In this document: positions 1-9,893 of the stretch, piece after piece | Numbering within the stretch: position 1 is the stretch's first letter | Layout: each line of letters opens with the position of its first letter | Sequence record: NC_041869.1 | Length of the DNA stretch: 64,000 nucleotides | Source of the DNA: Escherichia phage APECc02 | Direction: 5' to 3' (one strand) | Program-made: the position numbers and the translations under genes | Notes under the pieces: generated by a model | Database searches by the model: none | The model's input: the letters and a program-made list of their open reading frames with translations, nothing else | Told to the model about the DNA's origin: nothing

Positions 1-79
1 GCATGTGCTGATCAGTATTGTCCTGATGGTCAGTGATCTATTGGAAACGGTTGGCACCTTGTTTTAAAGAGCGGTAAAA

Positions 80-271
80 ATGAATATCGAACAAGTTAGA
101 AAGGTATTAGCGGTACTGCGTTACCATAATCATAGAAAGGTCATAGACGATCCTGATTATGTTGATTCAAGCCTGGAAGGGGATACACTACAAGCCATAA
201 GTAACATGCAAGAATTGCTAAAGCGCATGACAGAGAAAAACCGACCGGACTACATAGGCGAAAAAATATAA
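80..271 (+). CDS. hypothetical protein
   Basis: ORF from track, purine-rich RBS-like motif upstream, followed by hairpin plus T-run. Confidence 0.45.
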   Translation: MNIEQVRKVLAVLRYHNHRKVIDDPDYVDSSLEGDTLQAISNMQELLKRMTEKNRPDYIGEKI

Positions 272-287
272 TCCTTATTGACTAGAA

Positions 288-316
288 AACAGGGCTTGCA
301 ATGGTCCTGTTTTTTG
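288..316 (+). terminator. rho-independent terminator-like hairpin (AACAGG...CCTGTT + TTTTTG)
   Basis: inverted repeat followed by T-run read directly. Confidence 0.55.
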
Positions 317-482
317 TTATACTTATTCCACGGCAGGCACCTGGTGACGGGGGGAGACAACCACCGGGCCTGCCTGTCATATAAGAACTATAAAAACCGT
401 TGACATCTGCCAGGGGGTGGGGTAACATTTATCTTGAAGGGGCAAAAGTGCCCACACAACAACCAGAAGAGAGGAAAACATT

Positions 483-755
483 ATGTCAAGCTGGATTAAT
501 CAAGAAGTCGAATCACGTTTTAATGCTATTTGGGATCTCATCGAAAAAGAAGACGGCACATCAAGCCCCTACCTCAACAATTTGGAATTCCATTTTGTGG
601 AAGCGATGAACGCAGAACATGATCACGAAGGTGGCGCGGATGAGTTCGCTAAAGGTTATGGCTTTAACAATGCCAACGAAATGATCGAGGCGGTAGTACT
701 CCAGGCTGAGGAAGATTATCAATTAAAAACGCTTGAATTCTGCCGCCGCAAGTAA
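483..755 (+). CDS. hypothetical acidic protein
   Basis: ORF with AGAGAGGA RBS. Confidence 0.5.
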   Translation: MSSWINQEVESRFNAIWDLIEKEDGTSSPYLNNLEFHFVEAMNAEHDHEGGADEFAKGYGFNNANEMIEAVVLQAEEDYQLKTLEFCRRK

Positions 756-815
756 TAAGATAATGACACGGGCCAAAAGGCCCACTAATCAGAACCACAC
801 AAAGAGAGAAAGAAA

Positions 816-1034
816 ATGACAACCCGTAAAATTAAAGTTGTTTGCATTGAATCGACTGGGGGCGCTTTTGTAGTTGGTCAGGAATATAATGCGGTTTTAA
901 TGGGTACGGATTGGAAGGTTAAAGGCCTTAATGGTTACGAGTACGGCACTACTTGCGGCTTGCGTGGTCGAATCGGATACGTGAGTTTAGACAATAAAGA
1001 AAAATTTGTTTTCGACACCGTTGTGAGTAAATAG
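816..1034 (+). CDS. hypothetical protein
   Basis: ORF with AAGAGAGA RBS. Confidence 0.5.
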   Translation: MTTRKIKVVCIESTGGAFVVGQEYNAVLMGTDWKVKGLNGYEYGTTCGLRGRIGYVSLDNKEKFVFDTVVSK

Positions 1035-1111
1035 CATGAATTGCTAAAGACTGATCTGCGAACTGCTGTATTATCAACTAATCAAAACGAACCACATAAA
1101 GAGGAAACATC

Positions 1112-1375
1112 ATGAAACGTCTGGATCAGCTTAAATTAGTTCAGTACATGGCCTACAGAATTCTTGAAGTCCAGAAAGGTAGCAAAAAAGAGGTTTGCGA
1201 GAAAGCTTATAAGATCTTCACTCGTAAAAAAGATGATTGGATGTTACGCCAGACCAAAAAGGCTGACATCTTGGGGTACCTGGAAGAAGAGATCCGCCTT
1301 GAAGAGCAAGAAGAGATCCGCCGTAGTGAGGCAGATTATCAGGCAGCTTGGGAAAACTGGATGAGCAACAAATAA
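1112..1375 (+). CDS. hypothetical protein (Lys/Glu-rich)
   Basis: ORF with AAGAGGAAA RBS; overlapping alt-frame ORF 1164-1364 rejected. Confidence 0.5.
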   Translation: MKRLDQLKLVQYMAYRILEVQKGSKKEVCEKAYKIFTRKKDDWMLRQTKKADILGYLEEEIRLEEQEEIRRSEADYQAAWENWMSNK

Positions 1376-1394
1376 TACAACAAGGTGCACGGTC

Positions 1395-1419
1395 AGGGGC
1401 TTAAAGCCCCTTTCTTTTT
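1395..1419 (+). terminator. rho-independent terminator (AGGGGC-TTAAA-GCCCCT + TTCTTTTTG)
   Basis: GC hairpin plus T-run immediately after ORF 1112-1375. Confidence 0.65.
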
Positions 1420-2027
1420 GTCTCCTCTTTTCCTACCACAAATGGCCCCGCCTGGCAAATGGAATAATCAACAAGCCAGCAATTAACCCCACTGTACAAA
1501 CATACATATAAAATAACTATTGCATAATTTTTCATTGTGTGGTAGCAGGGCCATTTTTACACGTTTTTCCTTCCAAAATTGCACGTAATGCAGCATTTGC
1601 ACAAAATTTAACCTGATGCATATCTTCAATAGCTTGTCAACAACTAAAAATCTTTATAAGTCATACACTTACATAACTACAAAAGCGTTTTCTACGTGAA
1701 AAATCGAGTATAACTATAGCCGCCAGATCTCAGAATTTACGTACGCTCGCCATTCTATAGCCTGCTAAGCATTTATTCCAACCATAGAATAACGGAATAG
1801 TCAATACCTGCATAAAATAATTATTCGTGTAAACTGCATAACATAAATCGGCCCAGGTGTCAACATTTTTCGTAAACAGTCTGGAATTGTCACGTTAGGT
1901 TACCATAAGCAGAGAAATCTTTAGTCGTCTAATGTTTACTGTACGTTACTATACTAACTGAAATCATTAGATGACTAATAGAAAGATAAGAAATAATTAA
2001 CAATACAATTATTTTATCTGTAACAAT

Positions 2028-2222
2028 AAGGCAACTATGCAAACGAATGGCATGGCGCGACGGAGTCGCGACATAATATAAAAGCAGTAACCATCACCCC
2101 CGTGATAGTTTGTCTGCAAACTATTAATCAGATCATAGTTGCCTTGTATTTAGTTAATCATGACATAACAAGCAAGGCAACTATAGATCTGCTAATAGTT
2201 GCCCTGCTTTTATATTATGTCA
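2028..2222. repeat. nested inverted repeats: 18-bp perfect arms GACATAATATAAAAGCAG (2070-2087) / CTGCTTTTATATTATGTC (2204-2221); GGCAACTAT motif 4x in alternating orientation; 8-bp stem hairpin 2105-2124
   Basis: read directly from sequence. Confidence 0.7.
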
Positions 2223-2317
2223 TAGAAACACCCGAAGGGGTGACCAAAGGTTACCTGGCATAGCCAGTGAAAGATTATTAACTTGCTAATCTTTATCATG
2301 CAAACGAATGGCATGGC
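2037..2317. repeat. 20-bp perfect direct repeat ATGCAAACGAATGGCATGGC at 2037-2056 and 2298-2317
   Basis: exact match seen in sequence. Confidence 0.8.
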
Positions 2318-2336
2318 TTATCATTTCTGTGTAAAT

Positions 2337-2381
2337 AGTCTATGCGTAAACTGTCAAGGCGTAAACAATCTATGCGTGAAC
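2337..2381. repeat. direct repeats TCTATGCGT(A/G)AAC x2 plus GGCGTAAAC
   Basis: seen in sequence. Confidence 0.6.
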
Positions 2382-2409
2382 AGTGAAACATGAAATAATA
2401 ACAGTTGTT

Positions 2410-2505
2410 ATTGTGTCATATTGTGCTGCAGCGTGTTGAGTATGTTTAAGGTGCCCAGTATGTCACCATTATGTCACTATTGTGTCATAGTGTCATAGTA
2501 TGTCA
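2410..2505. repeat. cluster of short (A/G)TGTCA(C/T) direct repeats, 6-8 copies at ~8-11 bp spacing
   Basis: seen in sequence. Confidence 0.6.
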
Positions 2506-2973
2506 GACAAGTTTTTCCCCTCTTTGTCAAGTGCTGCATGAAAAAATTTACAAGCTGGTATGGTAGCATTTTTGCGGCCTTGTTTACATTCAGTAATGTA
2601 TGTATAACCCTTGATGTGTGGGCGTTTAGACGTCTAGACGGTCAGAAGTCTGCAGGTCAATATCTAATCTATTGGCTGCTAACTATATCCCCCACAAATA
2701 ATAAGAAATATAATTGTTATGTGCGTAAACAGTAACTCATGTTATCAATCCCTGTATGGATCGCCAGTGGTGCGCATAATGGGTATTATGTTAAATTGCC
2801 CGTAATGATAACTATTCTCACAATGATAGGTATTCTCATTCACCCCCACAAGATAGGTTGCAAATGTTGTGCCACTGTGTGAACGGCCTAGCCTATTAAT
2901 TTGCCTCACTGCCTTGATATTTGAGAATTGTTATAAGAATGAGAAGTATTCCCATTTCGTCCGCCTGGCAGCA

Positions 2974-3316
2974 CTCCTGTAGGTCCTGCAAGGACTCTAG
3001 CTGAAAGCTAGACCCTTCGGGCCTCCCTGTAGGTCAGGTCAAAATCGTGGTAGAATTGGGCCTGTTCAGATATTTCTGGCTGACTCTTCAGGTCTGTGTG
3101 GGAAAAGCCAACCTCTCCGGCGGGGCAGGGGGTCATGACGGGAAAATTGCAGGTCAATTAAAAAATTTACGTGGTGTATGAAGCGCTCTTCAGGTAAGGC
3201 ATGTATTATGGGATGAAACCCTCTTCAGGCAATGATATTTGTGGGTGTGATATTTGCTGGAAAGCCAGATATGACGGGACTCCCGGCGGGGCAGGGGTAG
3301 TACAGACAGGGAAAAT
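2974..3316. repeat. GC-rich repeat family: CTCTTCAGG x3 (3085, 3186, 3221), CCGGCGGGGCAGGGG x2 (3117, 3282), ATGACGGGA x2, CCTGTAGGTC x2
   Basis: seen in sequence; no ORF with RBS. Confidence 0.6.
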
Positions 3317-3993
3317 ATGAGAATGTAGTTGGGGAAATTGATCAGACAGGTAGAGTATGGAATATGTTACAAGTATGTTAAATATGGAGGTTGAATATCT
3401 GTAGGATTTGTGTGTAAAATCAAAGACTTAAGGGGTGTTGTGGTATTTTCTATAAATAATTCAAGTTTAATAGGCAATATTTGTCTCTATCCGCTTTGTG
3501 TGGTAAACAGATTCAGATTAGATTGGTTTACAAGTGTATACATAATATACAAATTAAAGATACAAGAAACCCCCCTCCCCCCTTCGGCTACCATTCACCT
3601 TTTCCTCTGACTGGTACTTAAACACTTATTCAGACTCTTCAGGTTATCACCCATATATCATATGGCAGTGACTGGTGTCCTCCGGCCCCTCTTTCGTCAC
3701 CCGTCCGCTTCGCCATGCTAATGCCATAGCTAATGGTTCGGTTGTTCACCCTGTTCACTCAGGTGTATCTCTATACCCCTTCAAACCGAAGAGAACAGAA
3801 AACCCGAATTACTCGGTAAAAGAAAAGAGAAGAACTTAATTTTATCAGGATAGGCAAGAATGTCAAGGCATGACTGCTCACTAAACAAGCAAACAGTCAT
3901 GTGTGGGAGGTAAGTGATTGTGGTGGTAGGAAATTTAGTTGAAAGATGTGTTATAGGTGCTTCCAGCACTTTAGCCGGGCAGCTAATTGTGTG

Positions 3994-4209
3994 TCAGTCC
4001 AGCGGTTCATCCTCTACTTCACTGAAATCAATGTTCATGGTCTCTTCCCAACCATCGATCTCAGCACAAGAGTGGAGTTCTTTAGGGTTTACTCCCAAAG
4101 CCTCAGCAACAGAGTCTATATTTAACACCTCTGGCAGGTATGATTCATCGAATTCAAGGTAAATCAGGCCACGAGTGTTGTCAGCTCCACCAAATATCTC
4201 TATCTTCAT
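3994..4209 (-). CDS. small acidic protein (MKIEI... N-terminus)
   Basis: ORF with GAGGAG RBS; first gene of leftward block. Confidence 0.5.
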   Translation of the reverse strand: MKIEIFGGADNTRGLIYLEFDESYLPEVLNIDSVAEALGVNPKELHSCAEIDGWEETMNIDFSEVEDEPLD

Positions 4210-4330
4210 AAAATCTCCTCTGGGAATGAAAGTGTGAACAGGGTTTTATACGTTCTAATGCACAGGAATTATACACGTTTGCCTCTTCAGGCCATGCTTC
4301 AGCATGAGGAACCTGTGTGGGCTCGGTGCT

Positions 4331-4744
4331 TCATAGTCTACCACCCCTGAACTCTTCGTGCTCAGGCATAATAGAGAACCAGATATCTACGATGTCTTCC
4401 CACGTCAGGTCATCAGCCTCAGGATCTACCTGGAGCGAAGATGAAGAATCTTCAGAATCGAAGTTTTCCTCTTGCACTGGCTCAGTCAAGGGACATATAG
4501 TCACTCCTTTGGATGTCTCTTCAGATGCATGTGTGTTTATCATGTTCCACCCGTGAGTATTCCGGCAACAGCCACTATGGACGTAATGATCATCAGGATC
4601 ACCACCAAAACCTCTGACAATGTTTTCATTGTGTATCCCATATTCTCCAAACGATGTGTGGATACTATCACTGGATCGGTAATGTGTCAACAGAAACGCC
4701 GCGAGGGTTTGGTTAAAATCCGAGCGTATGGTGATTTGGGTCAA
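4331..4744 (-). CDS. hypothetical protein
   Basis: longest ORF co-oriented with block; opposite-strand overlaps rejected. Confidence 0.4.
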   Translation of the reverse strand: MTQITIRSDFNQTLAAFLLTHYRSSDSIHTSFGEYGIHNENIVRGFGGDPDDHYVHSGCCRNTHGWNMINTHASEETSKGVTICPLTEPVQEENFDSEDSSSSLQVDPEADDLTWEDIVDIWFSIMPEHEEFRGGRL

Positions 4745-4903
4745 AACGGACGTGCGTTCTCGCTACGCTCGAAATATGGAGTTGTTTGTAGGGAGCTCTT
4801 AAACGCTCTGTAATGAAATTAACTACCCAAGGTATGCAATCGTGCACCAGACAAAGAAAAGGACGCCACAGAGCGTCCTAGGTGTCTTAAATTTGATATT
4901 TTG

Positions 4904-5215
4904 CTATACCCACGAGGGCTTATCAAGGTTGGAGTAGCTGAAAGGTGTCAAAAGGTGACTGTCAAAATCTCTCAAACTATCCAAATCTTTTTCCTCGTCC
5001 TGACACCATCTGTGCCTACATTTGTTGTTGTAGTGCATGGAATGCATAGCGTTCTGCAACTTAACAGGCACAAGTGATTCAGGAGTAGATAGTATTGTTG
5101 GGTATGCCAGAACCACCTCAAACAGTGGAAACACATCGAAACTAAAGTCTACCTCTGCAGAGGTTGATGGCATATAGGAGTATTTAGCCGCCTTTGTAGA
5201 CATAATCCACCTCAC
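4904..5215 (-). CDS. hypothetical protein
   Basis: ORF, co-oriented, 4-nt overlap with upstream gene. Confidence 0.45.
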   Translation of the reverse strand: MRWIMSTKAAKYSYMPSTSAEVDFSFDVFPLFEVVLAYPTILSTPESLVPVKLQNAMHSMHYNNKCRHRWCQDEEKDLDSLRDFDSHLLTPFSYSNLDKPSWV

Positions 5216-5544
5216 ACAGGTTTGATAATACCTTCACCGAATAGCTCTTCGTATCTAATCTTGTCCGGATCCCACTCCTGTATAATTTCGAAGACAATAT
5301 CCAACCCAGGAACAATCACTTCTCCAGTGTCAAGCTTAGCAAGAACAAAACCGGAAGGTTGAATGGTTTCCCAGTTACGGCGATCAGAATAAAATACTTC
5401 GAAAATATCACCAACCTCAATCCGTTTCTGTTGCTCAAGATGCTGAAGGTTCTCTTTCATACGGATGCAGCGTATTTTTCGTGCAGGCCATAGACCACCT
5501 GCATCACGTTCATTCAATTCTTTTACAGTGATCGGTATACCCAT
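5212..5544 (-). CDS. hypothetical protein
   Basis: ORF co-oriented. Confidence 0.5.
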   Translation of the reverse strand: MGIPITVKELNERDAGGLWPARKIRCIRMKENLQHLEQQKRIEVGDIFEVFYSDRRNWETIQPSGFVLAKLDTGEVIVPGLDIVFEIIQEWDPDKIRYEELFGEGIIKPV

Positions 5545-5564
5545 CTCAAGTCTCCTTCATGGAT

Positions 5565-5593
5565 AGTAAAAAGAGGGGCCTAAGCCCCCCCTC
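5565..5593 (-). terminator. hairpin terminator (AGAGGGG...CCCCTCT, T-run on minus strand)
   Basis: inverted repeat plus T-run downstream of gene 5601-5906. Confidence 0.5.
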
Positions 5594-5600
5594 TTTGTCA

Positions 5601-5906
5601 TTATTCTACAGAGCGTTTGAACAGAATGTCTGCCTCAGACATGTGCTCAACCTCTTCTTCGATTTTAGCTCGACGTTTTTCAGCCTCATATCGAATATCG
5701 AACTCGGTAGCCACCAGAGATTTGATGAATTTAGGAGAATACAGATGATCCTGCTTCTCAACAAGAATGATATCCTTGATGGCATCTTTCAAATCTTTAA
5801 TCTGAAGCTGGAGTTCCACCAGTTCTTCAATTGTTTTGCGAAGGCGATCACGTTCTGCAGTGTCAGAAGGAAGAGAGGTGAACAGTTCAACTTTAGATTT
5901 AGCCAT
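5601..5906 (-). CDS. hypothetical coiled-coil protein
   Basis: ORF, charged/heptad-like composition. Confidence 0.5.
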   Translation of the reverse strand: MAKSKVELFTSLPSDTAERDRLRKTIEELVELQLQIKDLKDAIKDIILVEKQDHLYSPKFIKSLVATEFDIRYEAEKRRAKIEEEVEHMSEADILFKRSVE

Positions 5907-5934
5907 AGTAAGAGTCTCCTTATGTTGTTTTAAA

Positions 5935-6252
5935 TTAACGTTCTACAAAAATACCGTTCAGTTCAATAACCAGGAATTTCTGGTCTTCACTATCGTCTCG
6001 TGCCAGCACCTCACAGACGTATCGGTCATCCCCATCATCATCGCAGTCAAATACAAGACTGAGGACTTTATCATGATAAACCTTCGCCACTACCGCCTCG
6101 TAAGTATTGCCGATTGTGAATCCAAGATAATCTCCAATGCATTTGACAACAACATGATCACCAGCATTCAAGTCAATCTTCGTCATTACTGCGCTCCTTG
6201 GGTAATAATACTGTATGTAAAACTTTAACCAGAGATGTGAATAACGCCCCAA
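5935..6252 (-). CDS. hypothetical protein
   Basis: ORF co-oriented. Confidence 0.5.
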   Translation of the reverse strand: MGRYSHLWLKFYIQYYYPRSAVMTKIDLNAGDHVVVKCIGDYLGFTIGNTYEAVVAKVYHDKVLSLVFDCDDDGDDRYVCEVLARDDSEDQKFLVIELNGIFVER

Positions 6253-6341
6253 AACACACCGATAGCGCTAAAACAGACAAGGCCATCATTAAAGCTTCAG
6301 TAAAATCAGTCACTCCTCACCTCTTGTTAGTCACTATACTG

Positions 6342-6605
6342 TCATTTATCCTTGCCGTCAAGAACTTTTTTAAATCTTTCAGGGATATCGCCTGTTCTTA
6401 GATAGCTCATGACCTCACAAGGTTCCCACTTGAATTTCTTACAAAGCAGGGCGGCTGAGATTGTTTCATTGCGAAAAGAAAGGATATTAATATCCCATTC
6501 TGAGAATCCCAACTTCCGAAGGGTAGCTACAGAAATCCTCACCGCAACCCAGCAGCAAAAACATGCAACAAACGCCACTGCTATAACCCACATCAGGATG
6601 TTCAT
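6342..6605 (-). CDS. small membrane protein (N-terminal TM helix)
   Basis: hydrophobic N-terminus MNILMWVIAVAFVACFCCWVAV. Confidence 0.45.
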   Translation of the reverse strand: MNILMWVIAVAFVACFCCWVAVRISVATLRKLGFSEWDINILSFRNETISAALLCKKFKWEPCEVMSYLRTGDIPERFKKVLDGKDK

Positions 6606-6694
6606 ACAAGCACCTCACTGAAATACAAGACACAGTGTTAAGGTTACAGACCAGCAAATAATTAACAGTGCCGTTGCAACCTTGGCAAGATTTA

Positions 6695-6982
6695 TCATAG
6701 TGCCTCTAAGATTTCATATCCTTCGGGTCGGAATACAAGCCACTCCGTGGCTCCGTTTGGTCGATACGCTTTATACAGAACAACCTGATCTCGGCACATG
6801 CACATAGCTACATAGTTTTCATCCACACCTGCAGCCTGCATTGCAGCTTCTTCTCCGGCAACTGCTTTGCTTACAACCTCCTTAGTAGGCAAGTGTGCGA
6901 TCAGCTCGTCACCATCCTTAATTCCAAAATGGCTGAGTTCTCCATTGGTATCTTTAATCTTAATCTTAACCAAATCTTTCAT
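6695..6982 (-). CDS. hypothetical small protein
   Basis: ORF co-oriented. Confidence 0.5.
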   Translation of the reverse strand: MKDLVKIKIKDTNGELSHFGIKDGDELIAHLPTKEVVSKAVAGEEAAMQAAGVDENYVAMCMCRDQVVLYKAYRPNGATEWLVFRPEGYEILEAL

Positions 6983-7311
6983 TAGTCTTCCTCCAGGTTC
7001 AAAGGTCCTAAGATTTCATATGCCAGATTAGAAGTTACCAGAGGGTCTTCTGCATCTTTAGTATTATACCACCCGTGAATAACCAGAGTCCCACTTTGTT
7101 TCATGTCCAACTGTAACTCTTCTGCCGTTTCCTCATCCAGCTCCAAGATTTCCATAAGGTATTTGATGTTAGGAAGGTATGCAGCTGTTACAGTTCCCTC
7201 CACCAAACCTTCGGGCCAACCTACATCTGGATGACAAGTAGGAACCAGGTTGGTCAGCTTAATGGTGTACGCTTTTTCTGCACGAGCCTTCAGTAACGGG
7301 TCAATCTTCAT
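6982..7311 (-). CDS. hypothetical small acidic protein
   Basis: ORF co-oriented, start/stop overlap. Confidence 0.5.
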   Translation of the reverse strand: MKIDPLLKARAEKAYTIKLTNLVPTCHPDVGWPEGLVEGTVTAAYLPNIKYLMEILELDEETAEELQLDMKQSGTLVIHGWYNTKDAEDPLVTSNLAYEILGPLNLEED

Positions 7312-7661
7312 TATTCGTCCTCCTCTTCGGTGCCTGCTTCCAGTAATAAGTTAAGAATATCTTCTGCACAAGGCTCATAGAACTCTTGGCCTTCATTATC
7401 GATGATTTTGTAGTCATCTCCGCGAATAATCAGAGGATCACTCTCAAAATTATCGAGACCTTTAACAACGACAACACGATCGATTGCCATCATTGTAAGA
7501 ACTTTATCGACATCTTCCTCTGCTACACCATACTGCAGCAGAATGTCTTTGGTAGGAGGAACAGCATCCACCACAACACCGTTACCAAAACCTTCCGGTA
7601 AGTTAGCTAAAATATCTTCCGGAACCACACTAACATCAAAACCAGTAATTTCTACTTTCAT
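7311..7661 (-). CDS. hypothetical small acidic protein (MKVEI...)
   Basis: ORF co-oriented. Confidence 0.5.
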   Translation of the reverse strand: MKVEITGFDVSVVPEDILANLPEGFGNGVVVDAVPPTKDILLQYGVAEEDVDKVLTMMAIDRVVVVKGLDNFESDPLIIRGDDYKIIDNEGQEFYEPCAEDILNLLLEAGTEEEDE

Positions 7662-7922
7662 TTACAGCACCTCTTCGTCAACTACTTCATAAAAATGGCC
7701 TGGGATTGCAATAGCGTTCTCACCTTCACCTACAAACACAGTTCCGTCAAGAATCAACATCATAAGAGTTTCTGGAATATCCTCTTCCTGAACGTTGCCA
7801 AAACCTTTAATCAGCTCGTAGGTTGGAAGATTTACCTCTAAGATGTCACCATCTTTAGAGCGGAAATCAACACCATCCTGAATCTCTGCCATTTCAAGGT
7901 TTTTCAGTTTAATCTTCATCAA
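7662..7922 (-). CDS. hypothetical small acidic protein (MMKIKL...EVVDEEVL)
   Basis: ORF co-oriented. Confidence 0.5.
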   Translation of the reverse strand: MMKIKLKNLEMAEIQDGVDFRSKDGDILEVNLPTYELIKGFGNVQEEDIPETLMMLILDGTVFVGEGENAIAIPGHFYEVVDEEVL

Positions 7923-7998
7923 TCAGTCTCCCGTCTTGTTAAGATGAAGGTATTATTTCACACAGGGTTGGTGTTGTCAACACCTGTGTGCAAGAAAA

Positions 7999-8394
7999 TT
8001 ACTGAAACAGTGCGGATAAATTACCTTCTGGTGGGAACTTATCTGCCAAAAACGGTGTTAGCACAGTAGCCTTCTGAAGATCTGGGGTCCACTCGTTGTT
8101 CAGAACATCCCAGTAGTACGCAATGTTGCTGTGTGGGTGCCGCATTACGAACTTTTTCCCTTCGTAGTCATCTGAAACCTCTACAGAAGAAATAACAACA
8201 GAATCTTCAAGGGTTTCTTCATAGAAAGATCCGCCTTCAAATTTCCAACGAGATGCAAGAGCCCCTGCCTTGAACGCTGCAGATAACGGACTGTCGGCAA
8301 GAACATACATTTCTTGCACTCTGTCGCTGCGATCTTTGCTTCTTACGTTGTATACAGTATCTGAGCTATACTCAACACGGTATAGGCTTACCAT
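7999..8394 (-). CDS. family-B protein (HPxS...YW...WTP motif), paralog of 10202-10612
   Basis: shared motif FVMRHPHSNIAYYWD..WTP vs FVIVHPDSRVKHYWN..WTP. Confidence 0.55.
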   Translation of the reverse strand: MVSLYRVEYSSDTVYNVRSKDRSDRVQEMYVLADSPLSAAFKAGALASRWKFEGGSFYEETLEDSVVISSVEVSDDYEGKKFVMRHPHSNIAYYWDVLNNEWTPDLQKATVLTPFLADKFPPEGNLSALFQ

Positions 8395-8726
8395 TACCGC
8401 ACCTCCTCAATAACTTCCACATCTGAACCCACCACAAATGCAAAAGGACAGGTTTCATGAAAGACATCCGGATCGCCGCCAAGCTTGCTAACAATTTCTC
8501 CACCACTAATAAACACAAGCTCACCGATATTCATCAGATTGCTGAAATAGTATCCATAATGATTAAAGAATGCAGCAGGGTCAGGTAGACTAGTGGCCTC
8601 AAGCACTACATCGGTTGAGGTTACTTTCTTATCATAGCCTCTCGCCTTCTGAGATGCAAGATCTGCAGAATCCTCAGGCGACCGGAGATGCACAGGAATT
8701 GTTTCACCAATAAAGCGTACTTTCAT
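8394..8726 (-). CDS. family-A-like small acidic protein (MKVRF...DVEVIEEVR)
   Basis: ATG at 8726 preferred over upstream non-ATG start in track. Confidence 0.5.
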   Translation of the reverse strand: MKVRFIGETIPVHLRSPEDSADLASQKARGYDKKVTSTDVVLEATSLPDPAAFFNHYGYYFSNLMNIGELVFISGGEIVSKLGGDPDVFHETCPFAFVVGSDVEVIEEVR

Positions 8727-8730
8727 ATTA

Positions 8731-8994
8731 TCACCCAACAACCATAGCTTCAAAAGGGGTCATGAACGAATAAACGGCATCATCATCTGCTTCAGGGAAT
8801 GCTCCCAAAGACTTCATGTCTGAGCCCTTGACAAATACAAGGTTTTGATCAAAGGCTTCTTGGGGGTCAATCCGATACATATCTCGTAGGATATCACTTA
8901 CCTCCTCATCAAGAGGTGAGTATGCTGTGCACGTTTTTCCGATCAAGCTTTGAGAATCAGGGTATCCACCTGAAGTTTTAAAATAAACAATCAT
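8731..8994 (-). CDS. family-A small protein (VFVKGSDMKSLGA motif)
   Basis: motif shared with 10613, 10857, 14516 ORFs. Confidence 0.5.
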   Translation of the reverse strand: MIVYFKTSGGYPDSQSLIGKTCTAYSPLDEEVSDILRDMYRIDPQEAFDQNLVFVKGSDMKSLGAFPEADDDAVYSFMTPFEAMVVG

Positions 8995-9085
8995 ATAGTA
9001 TCACCTCTGGTAAGAGATTGGGATTCCTTTCCCACAAATAATTACAAACCTTCCTTGTCGAGGAAGTATGCTAATCCAAGCAGGA

Positions 9086-9355
9086 TTATTCCTCTACAAT
9101 CTCATACACATCCGGAGTTACAATCAACTCTTCTCCGTTACCCGGTGCAACAAACACCACCATTCCTTCAGGTGTGTGCTTTTTAGCCATCTCGATAACA
9201 TCTTCTCGCAGAGCTGGCTCCATCAGATCAAAACCTTCACCAAGGGCATCACGAACCACCTTCATATAGTCAACTGGTTGTGCTTCGACAATCATGCCTT
9301 CAACCAGTCCACAATTTTTGTCTGCCAGCTCAGTTTGGAATAATTTAATTTTCAT
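9086..9355 (-). CDS. hypothetical small acidic protein (MKIKL...YEIVEE)
   Basis: ORF co-oriented. Confidence 0.5.
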   Translation of the reverse strand: MKIKLFQTELADKNCGLVEGMIVEAQPVDYMKVVRDALGEGFDLMEPALREDVIEMAKKHTPEGMVVFVAPGNGEELIVTPDVYEIVEE

Positions 9356-9381
9356 TTAGAGGTCTCCTCAATTATTTGATA

Positions 9382-9483
9382 TTAATAGCCGTAACCTAAC
9401 ACATTAACTACAACTGCGATTGCAAACATAATTTCAAAGCATGCAATCTCTACATTTGGGACTAATTTCTTAATCACACCCAT
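9382..9483 (-). CDS. possible 33-aa hydrophobic peptide
   Basis: short ORF with GAGGTG RBS in a 150-bp gap; below track size cutoff. Confidence 0.25.
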   Translation of the reverse strand: MGVIKKLVPNVEIACFEIMFAIAVVVNVLGYGY

Positions 9484-9505
9484 TGTAGCACCTCATTCTC
9501 CAAAG

Positions 9506-9811
9506 TCAATCTTTACTTTGCCTCTCCCCCTTACCTTTCTTTCTACCGCACTTAGCCAGTTGACGTGCTGCAACATCTACCATACGGTCAGTTGCCTCGT
9601 AAGCATCACTGCCTTTAGCTTTGGCAATAACTTCTTTTCCAGAATTGTCAAAAATGAACGCCATAACTTCCTGGTGATCATTTTCAACTTTTACACTCAC
9701 ACGTGCATAGTTGGCAGAGGGGTGCAAACGCTCCAGCTTAGACATTTTGTTGGAAATGAAAGACACCATACCTTCAGTGATTTCTACGTTGCCAGTGATT
9801 TCAATTTGCAT
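9506..9811 (-). CDS. hpf: ribosome hibernation promoting factor / RaiA (YfiA) family
   Basis: MQIEITGNVEITEG..KLE..VKVE..ARQLAK aligns along its length with bacterial HPF. Confidence 0.8.
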   Translation of the reverse strand: MQIEITGNVEITEGMVSFISNKMSKLERLHPSANYARVSVKVENDHQEVMAFIFDNSGKEVIAKAKGSDAYEATDRMVDVAARQLAKCGRKKGKGERQSKD

Positions 9812-9830
9812 AACGTGTTCCTTTTAAAGA

Positions 9831-9849
9831 AGAGGGGACCAAACCCTCT
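9831..9849 (-). terminator. hairpin (AGAGGG-GACCAAA-CCCTCT)
   Basis: inverted repeat with T-rich flank on minus strand. Confidence 0.4.
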
Positions 9850-9893
9850 TTGAAAACAATGATACTAAATCTGAAGCGTTGTGTCAACAGTTT

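Noticed and set aside
400-609. Plus-strand ORF overlapping gene 483-755 in another frame
   Set aside because: Starts inside upstream intergenic hairpin region and overlaps a better-supported ORF with RBS.
2538-3610. ORFs 2538-2735 and 3410-3610 in the repeat-dense region
   Set aside because: No RBS-like sequence, low-complexity translation, embedded in repeat motifs.
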